Origin: a candidate division WWE3 bacterium
GTDB taxonomy: Bacteria > Patescibacteriota > WWE3 > UBA101185 > UBA10185
Reading direction: 5' to 3'
NCBI GenBank assembly: GCA_052035175.1
Contig: JBPOHV010000001.1
Coordinates: forward strand, 233,569-297,568
DNA: 64,000 nt
The notes under the pieces were generated by a model. It was not told the DNA's origin, ran no database searches, and worked only from the letters and a program-made list of their open reading frames with translations. Shown in pieces: positions 1-9,723 of the stretch (position 1 is its first letter; every line of letters begins with the position of its first letter). The translations under genes and the position numbers were made by a program.

Positions 1-1494
1 ATTGCTTATTTAGTAATTTCACTTTTGACGTATAAAGACTTTGGTATAACTGCTGATGAAGAGCTGGAGTATGGCATGGGTTCTAATTTTATCAACTTTT
101 TTATTGATCCGGCGAAATACTCTCAGTATGATGTTTTATTAAACAAACCATATCTTAAGTATTATTATCACCTTTATCCAATGGTTTTATCTGTCTTCAA
201 TCCACTGGCACATTATGAAAAGTTTCACTTACTCAATATCTTATTTGCGTTACCCATTTTTATTTGTGCTTATGTACTTTTATATTACGAGTATAAAAAT
301 ATATATATAGCGATTTGTGGTCCTTTATCTATTTTATTGATGCCTGCATTTGTTGGACATATCCCTACGAATCCCAAAGATATTCCTTTCGCAGTTATGT
401 ATTTTATGTGTATCTCACTTGTTTATATTTTTCATAAACATCGGTCTGTGCATCATTTGTCTTTCTTAGCTTATGTGTTAAGTGGTTTAGTTATAGGTAT
501 TGCTTTGGGCTATACGCAATCTCTTAGAGTTGTTGGTTATTCTGTTTATATCATTTATATAGTTAGTACACTGATATTGATGCCAGCTGCAGAAAGGGTT
601 AAAGATTATATATATAGCGGTATTGTATTGCTGGTCTGCATAACCGTGATTTCACATATTTTTATGTATCTAACTTTTCCAATAGTGCGTGAAAATATTT
701 TGAATATTGGAGAATTGTTTCAGTCTAGCAAACACTTTAATGCATGGGATGGCCAGATCGAATATTTGGGGAGTATGGTAGATACTGCCCATCGACCTTG
801 GCATTATTTGTTTGTGTATATTTTGATCAGTACACCGGTATTTATATTGCTTACACATTTCGCATCATTCTTTTTAGTAAAAAGAAATAATTTGATCAAA
901 GTGTTTTTGTTTGCCATATATTTTAACTTTTTAGTGTATTTGTTTTTTCATCCTGTTATTTACAACGGGTTAAGACACTTTTTGTATTTATTACCGCTAA
1001 TAGCATTTACAAGTATTGTATTTATGATTGAGTGTGTACGAAGGTATCCAAAGACCGCCATTATTTATATGACGCTTGCGATTTTTGTAATTTTGCAATC
1101 TGTGAAGCTGCATCCATATCAATACATTTATTTCAATCCGATATCACACAAAATATGGGAAGTCCAAGATACTTTTGAAACTGATTATTGGGGAACAAGC
1201 TATAAAGAAGCTACACAAAAATTGATTTTATATATAAAACAAAATCATGTAGACACACCAATTGTATATGCGTGCAACGTCGATTACGCAGTGCGATATT
1301 ATTCTGAGTATACTTTTGAACTTGCGAGCACTAGAAAAACCGCCGATTTTATAATATGTGATTATCAAAATGATAAGCAAATGGGTAATCAAGATTTTGA
1401 GATTGTTGATACTGTTGAAGTTGCAGGTATGCCTCTTAATGTTATAAGACAAACTAGTGTGCCACTTAAATATAAATTGTATAATTCAGATTAA
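1..1494 (+). CDS. Polytopic integral membrane protein, GT-C-fold glycosyltransferase-like (ArnT/PMT-like); 5' end probably outside the window, since the frame stays open to position 1
   Basis: More than 10 predicted TM helices, rich in aromatic residues, with soluble loops. The reading frame is open from the window edge, and the ORF track starts it at TTG 25. Confidence 0.45.
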   Translation: MAYLVISLLTYKDFGITADEELEYGMGSNFINFFIDPAKYSQYDVLLNKPYLKYYYHLYPMVLSVFNPLAHYEKFHLLNILFALPIFICAYVLLYYEYKNIYIAICGPLSILLMPAFVGHIPTNPKDIPFAVMYFMCISLVYIFHKHRSVHHLSFLAYVLSGLVIGIALGYTQSLRVVGYSVYIIYIVSTLILMPAAERVKDYIYSGIVLLVCITVISHIFMYLTFPIVRENILNIGELFQSSKHFNAWDGQIEYLGSMVDTAHRPWHYLFVYILISTPVFILLTHFASFFLVKRNNLIKVFLFAIYFNFLVYLFFHPVIYNGLRHFLYLLPLIAFTSIVFMIECVRRYPKTAIIYMTLAIFVILQSVKLHPYQYIYFNPISHKIWEVQDTFETDYWGTSYKEATQKLILYIKQNHVDTPIVYACNVDYAVRYYSEYTFELASTRKTADFIICDYQNDKQMGNQDFEIVDTVEVAGMPLNVIRQTSVPLKYKLYNSD

Positions 1495-2240
1495 TGAAAA
1501 GGTATATATTCTTGGCATTTGCTTTTGTGATAGCTAGCATTTTTGCATATAAACAATATAGCCATATTCAATATAAAAGAGAATACGAAGCACTTTTGTC
1601 TCAGAATAAAGCATTGTCAAAATCTATTGTTCCACAGCCTACCTTAAGTAATACTCCAGGTATAATATATCCAGATTTTGAGCCTCCGCTGCACCCTTCG
1701 TCACAAGAAATGCTGGACAATATTGATAAATCAAAAATAGATCCGGAAAAACTTAATTGGGTTCCTTTTTCAGATATGTATAAAAGTTCTGGATTAGACG
1801 ATAGATTGGCATTTGATTTTGACTATCCAAACGACTATTTTGTAGATTCTATTTCATTAACACACACATATTGCGCGGAACTACGAGGTAAAGAAGAAGT
1901 CATGTTTGAGTTTTGTTATTTATCTGATAACAATTCTTATATTAAATGGGTACAAACAAAACAATTTAACTTTACTAATGCAATAGAATTTCATGGTAGA
2001 AAAGGACTATACAGAACCGCACCATACGAAGGCATTTTTCCAAGAGAAGAAATGTTTTTTGTAAATAACGATGCAAGTGGTCAACCTATTGATGCAGTTT
2101 ACCTAAAAATGCCTAGATCTATTGATAATGACTTTGTACCAAAGAATCAAGAAGAATGGGCCATATATAAAGATGACTATATAAATGTAGATTTGCCAAT
2201 AAAGAAAAAGATACTTGATTCGTTTGAATTTAAACTATGA
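1494..2240 (+). CDS. Hypothetical membrane-anchored (N-terminal TM) protein
   Basis: N-terminal hydrophobic helix followed by a hydrophilic domain, with no recognisable motifs. Start is adjacent to the stop of the upstream gene. Confidence 0.5.
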   Translation: MKRYIFLAFAFVIASIFAYKQYSHIQYKREYEALLSQNKALSKSIVPQPTLSNTPGIIYPDFEPPLHPSSQEMLDNIDKSKIDPEKLNWVPFSDMYKSSGLDDRLAFDFDYPNDYFVDSISLTHTYCAELRGKEEVMFEFCYLSDNNSYIKWVQTKQFNFTNAIEFHGRKGLYRTAPYEGIFPREEMFFVNNDASGQPIDAVYLKMPRSIDNDFVPKNQEEWAIYKDDYINVDLPIKKKILDSFEFKL

Positions 2241-2500
2241 AAAACGAAAGTATCACTACAATAAAAGAGTTAGGAATTTATTTGCTCGATATCATTTTAT
2301 TTCCGATTGGTTTGTATTATTTTTTTAAAAACTTTAAAAGCCCTGATAAGGTGCGAGTTCGTATAGCTTATGTAAGCTTGATATTAACCTTTATAACTTT
2401 ATTTTTCACAATAAAATTAGCTAAAGACTTCACTCGTAAATTTGAAGACACTTACAACAATTCACCAGAGATACAGGTTTATAGAGATCTACTAGAATAA
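2237..2500 (+). CDS. Small two-TM membrane protein
   Basis: ATGA start/stop overlap with the upstream gene suggests translational coupling. Two hydrophobic helices. Confidence 0.4.
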   Translation: MKNESITTIKELGIYLLDIILFPIGLYYFFKNFKSPDKVRVRIAYVSLILTFITLFFTIKLAKDFTRKFEDTYNNSPEIQVYRDLLE

Positions 2501-2606
2501 ATATTTATGCAAACTGTAGACTTGGAAATGATGTGTATGCCATATATGGATGTGATCACGCACAATTCCACAGACCGTTCTTGGAAAAATTGATTTCACA
2601 TCAGCT

Positions 2607-3737
2607 CTACTGAAGTGCTGACGGATTTATTTTGATGATTTTATCGTCGTTTTCTTTTGGTTTTCCACGGCCATCGGTATTGCTTGTAGAAATATATAAA
2701 TATCCATCTGGTCCCAAAACTACTGCTCTTATTCTTCCAAATTGTTGTGAAAAATGTGATTTTAACTCTAGCTTGCTAAAATCATTTATTTTGACCTCAT
2801 ATAAAGTTTCGCCACGCAAACCTCCAAAAAATAAACTATCGTTTGCATATGCAACTCCGGCTGGTGCCCATGTGTCTTCTGACCCTGATTGAAGCACAGG
2901 TGTTATGTATCCAGATTGTGTTTGCGCACCTTTTATGATGGGCCATCCATAATTTTCACCACGAGAAATTATATTTAATTCATCGTATCCGGTTTGTGTG
3001 CCTGAAGGTCCGTGTTCTGTTTGCCACAAGTTCCCATTTTTATCCCATGTTAACCCTTGTGGATTGCGATGGCCCATTGAATATACTGCATTTCCAAATG
3101 GGTTATCATCGGGAATGCTCCCATCACTTTTTATTCTAAGTATTTTTCCATTCAAAGAATTTTTATCTTGTGACAGTGCAGTGTTTTCTGCATCACCTGT
3201 TGCTATGTATAAATATCCATCTGGTCCAAATGCAATCTTTCCACCATCATGGTACTTTGACCCTTTGATCCCAGAAAAGATAGTTGTTTTGTCTGAAAGA
3301 GTATCGTTTGCAAGCTTATACCTTTCGACACGATTCATGATTTGATTGTTTTCTTGCGTAGTCGAGTACAAGTAAATGAAGTTATTTGATGCAAAATTTG
3401 GATCTATCGCGATACCCAACAATCCACCTTCGCCAATATGCTTTACTCCTTCTATTTCTTTAATTGCTTTTGTTGGTGTTCCTACTTTCAAAAGCTTTCC
3501 AGATCGTTCTGTTACTAGCATTGTATTGTCAGGTAAAAATGCAATTTCCCAAGGTATTTCAAGATTTTCAGCAATTATTTCTATACCTTTTTGTAAAGCT
3601 TTGTCAGCGGTTAGAGTTGTGTTTTGCGCTGTTTGTTGTCTAGGTCTGAAGATATAGTGTACTAATTGATCTTTAAAAACGAAGACACTACTTATAAGTA
3701 ATATAGCTAATAAGAGGAGTTTAACTTTCATATACAT
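2607..3737 (-). CDS. PQQ-dependent soluble aldose/sorbosone dehydrogenase family protein (beta-propeller, YliI/GSDH-like), secreted
   Basis: N-terminal signal peptide. Family motifs: PWEIAFLPDN, GGLLGIAIDPNF, HDGGKIAFGPDGYLYIATGD, GHRNPQGLTWD. Confidence 0.7.
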   Translation of the reverse strand: MYMKVKLLLLAILLISSVFVFKDQLVHYIFRPRQQTAQNTTLTADKALQKGIEIIAENLEIPWEIAFLPDNTMLVTERSGKLLKVGTPTKAIKEIEGVKHIGEGGLLGIAIDPNFASNNFIYLYSTTQENNQIMNRVERYKLANDTLSDKTTIFSGIKGSKYHDGGKIAFGPDGYLYIATGDAENTALSQDKNSLNGKILRIKSDGSIPDDNPFGNAVYSMGHRNPQGLTWDKNGNLWQTEHGPSGTQTGYDELNIISRGENYGWPIIKGAQTQSGYITPVLQSGSEDTWAPAGVAYANDSLFFGGLRGETLYEVKINDFSKLELKSHFSQQFGRIRAVVLGPDGYLYISTSNTDGRGKPKENDDKIIKINPSALQ

Positions 3738-3757
3738 ACTATTATATATGATTTTAA

Positions 3758-4147
3758 TTATTCAGATACTATCGCAGGCAAAGCTTGGTTTGAATCGATG
3801 AACTTTATAGATAAAGAATTTACACAATGCCGTGTGTTCTTTTCTGTTAATCTCTCGCCTTCAAACACATGTCCTAGATGTGCTCCACAATTTGAACATT
3901 CTATTTCGGTTCTAGAACCATCTGCATCTGTTTTACGTGTTATAGAATTTGGGAGATTTTCATCAAATGCTGGCCAGCCACACCCAGCATCAAACTTTGT
4001 TTTGGATGAAAACAACTGGTTGTTGCACTTGCGACAAATAAATGTACCTTCTTTATAAAAGTTATCGTATTCTCCAGTGAATGGTGCTTCTGTGCCCTTG
4101 TCTTCTATTATTCTTTTTTCGTCAGCTGACAATTTATTGTAGGGCAT
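3758..4147 (-). CDS. msrB: Peptide methionine-R-sulfoxide reductase MsrB
   Basis: CxxC...CxxC zinc site (CRKC, CSNCG), a GWPAF motif, and catalytic RHCVNS near the C-terminus. Length 129 aa. Confidence 0.8.
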   Translation of the reverse strand: MPYNKLSADEKRIIEDKGTEAPFTGEYDNFYKEGTFICRKCNNQLFSSKTKFDAGCGWPAFDENLPNSITRKTDADGSRTEIECSNCGAHLGHVFEGERLTEKNTRHCVNSLSIKFIDSNQALPAIVSE

Positions 4148-4148
4148 A

Positions 4149-5177
4149 TTATAGAATCTCGATCATATCTAGACTTGTTACCACATCTCTAAGTAACTCT
4201 GAGTTTTCAAATGTTAATCTATCTTTTAATACACTATATGTAGTTGGTGTAGCAATGTCGTATCTATAATTATTTTCGGTTTTTATTGCGATACCTTTTG
4301 ATGTCCAAAATGCATTGTCTCTATTTGCAACAGAATTTATAGTTATCCAATTATCTGCATTTTCATCATCACCACAATATGCTCCGATTAAAGGTATGTG
4401 GTTGGTTCCTACAAAATATTCTTCTCTTTTTTCAAAATCTTTTTCCAAGAAGCAATGATTTGTAGCAAGAGATCTAACATACAGTTCTTCTAGTTCTGCA
4501 TCAGTCGCATTTGAATAATCTACACGGCCATTTATTTTAAAATTAAATGCTACTCTTTTGAGTTTATGTTCAAGTTCTTCTTTTGGTAATGTTTTAAATT
4601 CTTGGGTTTTTGCATCTATGCTAGGTTTCAGTTCTTCAAAGAATTTTTTTGTATCGTAATGGTCTGCAAGTCTCGTATGACTAAATTGAAAATTATCTGG
4701 CATATACGTTGAGTTTAAATGGTCGGTTAACAATTTAAAGCTACTTGAATAAGCATCAATATCAGATTGCAAAAAGTTATTTTGTTCAACTACTGCAGAG
4801 TCTTCTGCCTCAAATTCATATCTGATACCTGGTTTGTATGCATGTGCAATTGGCATTAGTAAATTGCTTATATATATCAGATTGAATACCTCAGCCCAAT
4901 CAATTTTTGGGTGTGTATTGATCCAAGTATTTTTGTAGCCGCCATATCCGAATAAGAAAAATAAAGGTTTTTGCTCATCTACAGTATCAGATACCTTTTT
5001 GTAAATTAAGTCTTTGGTTTTTTGTGTTAAATTGTTTTTTGTAAATTTATTTGAGATTATCCTTTTGAATATAACTTGTTTAATTTGGCCAAGTTTAATT
5101 GCTTTTTCTTCATCTGATGTGATGTAGTTATTTTTCAGATTATTTAATTTTGTTTTCAAATCTTCATCAAAAGTCAT
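4149..5177 (-). CDS. Hypothetical protein
   Basis: Long ORF with typical codon usage, 2 nt from the msrB start (operon). No recognisable motif. Confidence 0.5.
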   Translation of the reverse strand: MTFDEDLKTKLNNLKNNYITSDEEKAIKLGQIKQVIFKRIISNKFTKNNLTQKTKDLIYKKVSDTVDEQKPLFFLFGYGGYKNTWINTHPKIDWAEVFNLIYISNLLMPIAHAYKPGIRYEFEAEDSAVVEQNNFLQSDIDAYSSSFKLLTDHLNSTYMPDNFQFSHTRLADHYDTKKFFEELKPSIDAKTQEFKTLPKEELEHKLKRVAFNFKINGRVDYSNATDAELEELYVRSLATNHCFLEKDFEKREEYFVGTNHIPLIGAYCGDDENADNWITINSVANRDNAFWTSKGIAIKTENNYRYDIATPTTYSVLKDRLTFENSELLRDVVTSLDMIEIL

Positions 5178-5297
5178 TTTATGGAGCTGGGACCTTGCGG
5201 ACTGCCCACATACGATGCAGGTGTTCTAAACTTAAACTATCCCAGCAAAAGTATTATATCAAAAGTGTAGTTTGTTATTATACGATATACTTTATAT

Positions 5298-6107
5298 ATG
5301 TCTAAAGCAGAGATATTAGAGAGTGGTGAATTACAGGGTCTGGATAACAGTGGTTTTATTATAAATAATTCATCTGCACAAAACATAACTGAACCTTGGA
5401 AAAGCGTGGTCAATGAGATCATAAATTTATACGTAACGCATATACCAGAAGGTTTACTTCATAGTATATATATTAGAGGTTCAGTTGGAAGAGGAAATGC
5501 AGTAGAAGGGGTCTCGGATATTGACACTATAGCTGTTGTTAAAAACTCTTCTGAAATTAATAAAGATTGGCGACACCAGGCAATTTCAGATCTTTCTATT
5601 AAGTATCCATTTGCAACTGGTTTTGAATTAGTATTCTGGGATTTGGTTAAAGTTTTGGATGAAAGCAATATTGGTAAACGCTTTGATATGAAAACTCAAT
5701 TTGCTTGTATTTATGGCGATGATTTATTAAAAGTGATTCCTGGTTGTATACCAAGTGCAGCAGTTTCAAAGATAAAAACTTCAAATCTTTCTCGAGATCT
5801 GCAAGAGTCAGTCGATAATTTAAATCACGAAAATGGTGCAAGTAAAGCTGAACAAATATGTAGATGGACAATGAAAAGAATTTTACGTGCTGGATTTTTT
5901 TTGGTGATGCCAAATGCGCAAGTTTTTACAAAAGATTTGTACCCATCATATAAGTTATTTTCAGTTCAATATCCAGAAAAGCAAAAAGATATGTACGAAG
6001 TACTAGATTTAGCAATTAATCCATCGTCAGACATGACTGTGACAAAAGATATCATTTCTAATTTTGGTCATTGGATAGTACAAGAAATCCAAAATAAGTA
6101 TGCATAG
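5298..6107 (+). CDS. Pol-beta-superfamily nucleotidyltransferase, AadA/ANT-like
   Basis: GS-x9-SDIDT motif (IRGSVGRGNAVEGVSDIDTIAVV) followed by a helical C-terminal domain. Length 269 aa. Confidence 0.55.
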   Translation: MSKAEILESGELQGLDNSGFIINNSSAQNITEPWKSVVNEIINLYVTHIPEGLLHSIYIRGSVGRGNAVEGVSDIDTIAVVKNSSEINKDWRHQAISDLSIKYPFATGFELVFWDLVKVLDESNIGKRFDMKTQFACIYGDDLLKVIPGCIPSAAVSKIKTSNLSRDLQESVDNLNHENGASKAEQICRWTMKRILRAGFFLVMPNAQVFTKDLYPSYKLFSVQYPEKQKDMYEVLDLAINPSSDMTVTKDIISNFGHWIVQEIQNKYA

Positions 6108-6696
6108 TTATAAATTACCCATCGAAAAGCAACGAGAATTATTTTTGGAACTTCTTTTAAAGAACAAGAATGTGAAAGCTATTTTAGACAATGGATTTGT
6201 AGAAGGTATTGATAATTGGTATTTGGTTGCGGGTTGTTTGAATCAAACTATTTGGAATCAATTCACAGGCAGAGATATTTACGATGGAATAAAAGACTAC
6301 GACTTGATCTACTTTGATGCAGATACTTCTTATGAAAAAGAAGATTTGATAATAAAAGAGATTACTCCAAAGTATGCTGATCTTAATATATCTGTAGATA
6401 TAAAAAATCAAGCACGTGTACATATTTGGACTGATGAAAAATGGGGTTTGAAAATGAGACCTTTGGTATCCGCTGAAGATGCAATTGCTTCGTGGCCAAA
6501 CACATCTTCATGCATTGGTATAAGAAAAGAAAATGATCAATATTTAATCATGGCGCCATATGGGTTGACTGATAATTTAGAAATGGTTATTCGCCCAAAT
6601 AAAACAACTGTTATGCGTGAAAGTGATTATTACTATAAAGCAAATAAATGGAAAGAGCGTTGGCCGGAATTAACCGTAATGCCCTGGAATGTTTGA
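6100..6696 (+). CDS. Nucleotidyltransferase family protein (NTP_transf_6/DUF925-like)
   Basis: LVAGCLNQTIWNQ...DYDLIYFD motif pattern. 8-nt overlap with the upstream NTase gene. Confidence 0.45.
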   Translation: MHSYKLPIEKQRELFLELLLKNKNVKAILDNGFVEGIDNWYLVAGCLNQTIWNQFTGRDIYDGIKDYDLIYFDADTSYEKEDLIIKEITPKYADLNISVDIKNQARVHIWTDEKWGLKMRPLVSAEDAIASWPNTSSCIGIRKENDQYLIMAPYGLTDNLEMVIRPNKTTVMRESDYYYKANKWKERWPELTVMPWNV

Positions 6697-6722
6697 AAGC
6701 ATTTATTGTGTACAATTAATGT

Positions 6723-7997
6723 ATGTCTATGGAAAGCTTACAGTCCGAAGCAGCTGTTCAACCGCCAAATAAATCAGAAAGCCATGAAGGAATAAATCCA
6801 CGAGAGTATTTTAAAGGTGTTGAGCAATTAGCATTTTTGCAGGTAGATTTAGAAAATGCGCTTTGGGATCAAGCTGAAGCTTCGGGTCGCTTTAGTACAA
6901 GGTGGGATTCTGTAGACATAAAGCTTGGTGCATATACAGATGAAGCTCATAAGTGTCAGTTTGATATTGTTGAAAAGTATAAAGCGCGTATCAGAGAACT
7001 CCCCCGAGAATTTCAATTGCAAACAATACGTACTTTACTTGATATACAAATTGCACAGGCACAAAAGCATCAAGTAATAAAAGAAACAAACAGTTATATT
7101 TCTGCTGAAGGTATGACACCTGAAGAACATAATGCCGCAATTACTAGAATATTAATAAAGAAGCTTGTAGGTGTTGATCTCCCAGAAGATACACCTGTCT
7201 ATTATTCTGAGAATCCTCTTGGTATTGATTTTATAGCTACGGATCTCGATGTATTGGCAAAGTTATATACAGCTAATGCTCAAGCAAAAGCGTCAAGTAA
7301 GACGCCATTTGCTTTTGTGTGGTCTGAAAATACAGGCTTTAGTGAGTATAAGGATATTAAAGCAGCAGCGTATTTAGCGAAAAGTCACTATAATGAGAAT
7401 GTTGAAATTGATAAATCTGTATATTTGCATGAATGGCGGCACATTTTGGATTTCGGAGTTTTAAAAGGTATCTCAGACGATAGGTTGGATAAGTTGAGAG
7501 CTCGTCATTATGAACGAAGCAACCTCCATAATTATCCATACTTTTCTCATGGTAAGCCAGGCTATACATCAAAGTCTGAGTTACAAGCAAACTATGCAGA
7601 TCAAAGACCCAATGAAGATATTAAAGCGATCTTATTAGATCCTACTTCATATTATAACTACGAAGGTATCTTGGATAAACAGCCTCCAGCTAATTGGAAA
7701 CAAGCTATAGGTAATCTTCTCAGAAGTTCAATAAATATAGATGTTCCTCAGACGAGAGCAGAAAGAGAAAAGTATATTGCATTGATTAATTCTTCGGTAG
7801 ATACAATGGTTAATATACACAAGTTTTACAGTGCAAAGTTAAAAGATGATGGTAGAGCTCGTGAAGTTACGCTGGCGTTACTTAGTTATTTTCCAAACAC
7901 TGATTGGAAGACTATAGAAAAGATGGTATTCAGATATTCTGACCCAGTCGACCAGGTAAAGTATTCATACAAATACGGCTTGGGTACTGAGGAATAG
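6723..7997 (+). CDS. Hypothetical protein with an HExxH motif (possible zinc metallopeptidase-like)
   Basis: YLHEWRHIL motif. No other recognisable domain. Tight operon spacing. Confidence 0.35.
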   Translation: MSMESLQSEAAVQPPNKSESHEGINPREYFKGVEQLAFLQVDLENALWDQAEASGRFSTRWDSVDIKLGAYTDEAHKCQFDIVEKYKARIRELPREFQLQTIRTLLDIQIAQAQKHQVIKETNSYISAEGMTPEEHNAAITRILIKKLVGVDLPEDTPVYYSENPLGIDFIATDLDVLAKLYTANAQAKASSKTPFAFVWSENTGFSEYKDIKAAAYLAKSHYNENVEIDKSVYLHEWRHILDFGVLKGISDDRLDKLRARHYERSNLHNYPYFSHGKPGYTSKSELQANYADQRPNEDIKAILLDPTSYYNYEGILDKQPPANWKQAIGNLLRSSINIDVPQTRAEREKYIALINSSVDTMVNIHKFYSAKLKDDGRAREVTLALLSYFPNTDWKTIEKMVFRYSDPVDQVKYSYKYGLGTEE

Positions 7998-8009
7998 TAT
8001 AATAGATTT

Positions 8010-9005
8010 GTGAAGTACATTTATCTTTCAACATTTCTTTCGGGAACTAATGATCTAGTTTTACAAACTTTGAAATCAAATCTTACAGACTTTGAAGAAG
8101 TGTTAGGTTTGGATGGCCTGGTTGTTTATAAAACGTCCTCTGACATCTCTACTATAAAGCAACTTAGATACCTAAATAACTCATTTATCGTAATAAACCA
8201 AATCTCACTAGATAGCTTGAATCCTGAGAAAAGATCAAACGCATTTGATGTGTTGTACGACTATATTTTACATACATCGTTGGATATTTATAAAAAACCT
8301 TTACACGACATGAATGCTACAAAGCTTAGGATAGTTGCATCTATAGAAAATCAAAATGTAAGTTACAAAAACAGACGCCTAGAAGAAAAGCTTGCTACAG
8401 AATTTAATTTAGATATAGATCGATTGAATCCAGATATAGAGTTTTGGTTTTTACAAAGAAGCGAAGGCTACGCATTTGCATTGTTTCGACTTACAAATAC
8501 TTCAAAATCTGAGCATCGTGCCAAAGGTCAACTTCGTGCAGAGCTTGCAGCTTTGATGTGTTTGCTTTCTGAACCATCGTCAAGTGATGTATGCATTGAT
8601 CCATTTGCAGGCTATGGCACTATACTTTTTGAGCGTGCGCATTTGCCTTATAAAAAACTAATAGCATATGAAAGAGAAATTAAGGCTGACTATTCAGGAA
8701 AAAACATTGAAGTATATAATGCAGATTTTTTTGAGAACAAATTATCAGATGCATGTGTAACTAAAATAATCACAGATCCTCCGTGGGGATTTTATAATAC
8801 AGACTTAGATGTAGAAACTTTTTATACAAGACTACTCGTAGAATTTAGTAGATTACTTTTAAAAAATGGACTGGCTATTATTTTGGTACACCGTGAAATT
8901 GATTTTAAAAGATATTTGCAAAATACTAGACTAGTCATAAAAGAAAGATACGACATTTTAGTATCTGGTAAAAAGGCCAGCATTTATAAATTAGTCTATA
9001 CTTAA
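8010..9005 (+). CDS. SAM-dependent methyltransferase, COG0116-like (THUMP-associated RNA guanine-N2 / 'putative N6-adenine' methylase family)
   Basis: Motif I CIDPFAGYGTIL. Motif IV ITDPPWG. Confidence 0.55.
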   Translation: MKYIYLSTFLSGTNDLVLQTLKSNLTDFEEVLGLDGLVVYKTSSDISTIKQLRYLNNSFIVINQISLDSLNPEKRSNAFDVLYDYILHTSLDIYKKPLHDMNATKLRIVASIENQNVSYKNRRLEEKLATEFNLDIDRLNPDIEFWFLQRSEGYAFALFRLTNTSKSEHRAKGQLRAELAALMCLLSEPSSSDVCIDPFAGYGTILFERAHLPYKKLIAYEREIKADYSGKNIEVYNADFFENKLSDACVTKIITDPPWGFYNTDLDVETFYTRLLVEFSRLLLKNGLAIILVHREIDFKRYLQNTRLVIKERYDILVSGKKASIYKLVYT

Positions 9006-9008
9006 ATT

Positions 9009-9677
9009 ATGCATAAACAAAACGGTTTTTTTGGAATTGTTTTGACTTTGGGTTTGGTACTCGTAGCTATTGTTGTGCTTATGTTTACAAATCCTTTGAA
9101 GCTCAAGCAAGATGCCAAAGAACTTGCAGACCAAGCAAACTTGAACAAACCAGACTCAGTTGATCTATCAATGCCTTCAGATTTGAATTTACAAATAACC
9201 CCCTCTGGTGCTTTTACTTTGGTTAAAAATGTAAATTATAAATTTTCTGTACAACTACCTTCTAGCTATACAATCTCAGGAAATGCAGAAAACTTTGCGG
9301 TGTCTACAAAGGGTGATATGTCTGCACCAGAAGGCACTCCAGATTTACTAGATTTCGCCAGTCTTCATTTTAGAATTCTTCCATTAGAAGCTCCATCAGT
9401 GTATGCACAAGCAAGGCGAGATTACATATCACAAACTGAGATAATGAGTGAAAAGCCTTTGGATACTACAAAAGAAGTTCTAACTGTGTCTTTAGGAGGT
9501 ATTAGTAGTTATACGTTCGACTGCCCATTTTTGGTAGAGCAAGTTTGTTATTATGTACCTTTGAAAGATGATACCAGTCACTATTTGTTAATACTGAAAT
9601 CATTTTCTGATGATGCAAATAGAGGTTACGATAAAGCACTCAAGTCTATACTTTCTTCGTTCAGTTATATGAATTAG
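9009..9677 (+). CDS. Hypothetical membrane-anchored secreted protein
   Basis: N-terminal TM helix. 3-nt spacing from the upstream gene. Confidence 0.45.
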   Translation: MHKQNGFFGIVLTLGLVLVAIVVLMFTNPLKLKQDAKELADQANLNKPDSVDLSMPSDLNLQITPSGAFTLVKNVNYKFSVQLPSSYTISGNAENFAVSTKGDMSAPEGTPDLLDFASLHFRILPLEAPSVYAQARRDYISQTEIMSEKPLDTTKEVLTVSLGGISSYTFDCPFLVEQVCYYVPLKDDTSHYLLILKSFSDDANRGYDKALKSILSSFSYMN

Positions 9678-9723
9678 CCCTATTGGTTGTAGTAGTAGGT
9701 AAAATCGCCAAACCAGGGTATAA

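Noticed and set aside
2632-3657. Three plus-strand ORFs (2632-2892, 2998-3345, 3376-3657) inside the sugar dehydrogenase gene.
   Set aside because: They are antisense to a well-supported 376-aa gene with clear family motifs. They have low-complexity Ser/Pro-rich translations and no start context. They are shadow ORFs. The same applies to the many other short ORFs in the track that overlap annotated genes.
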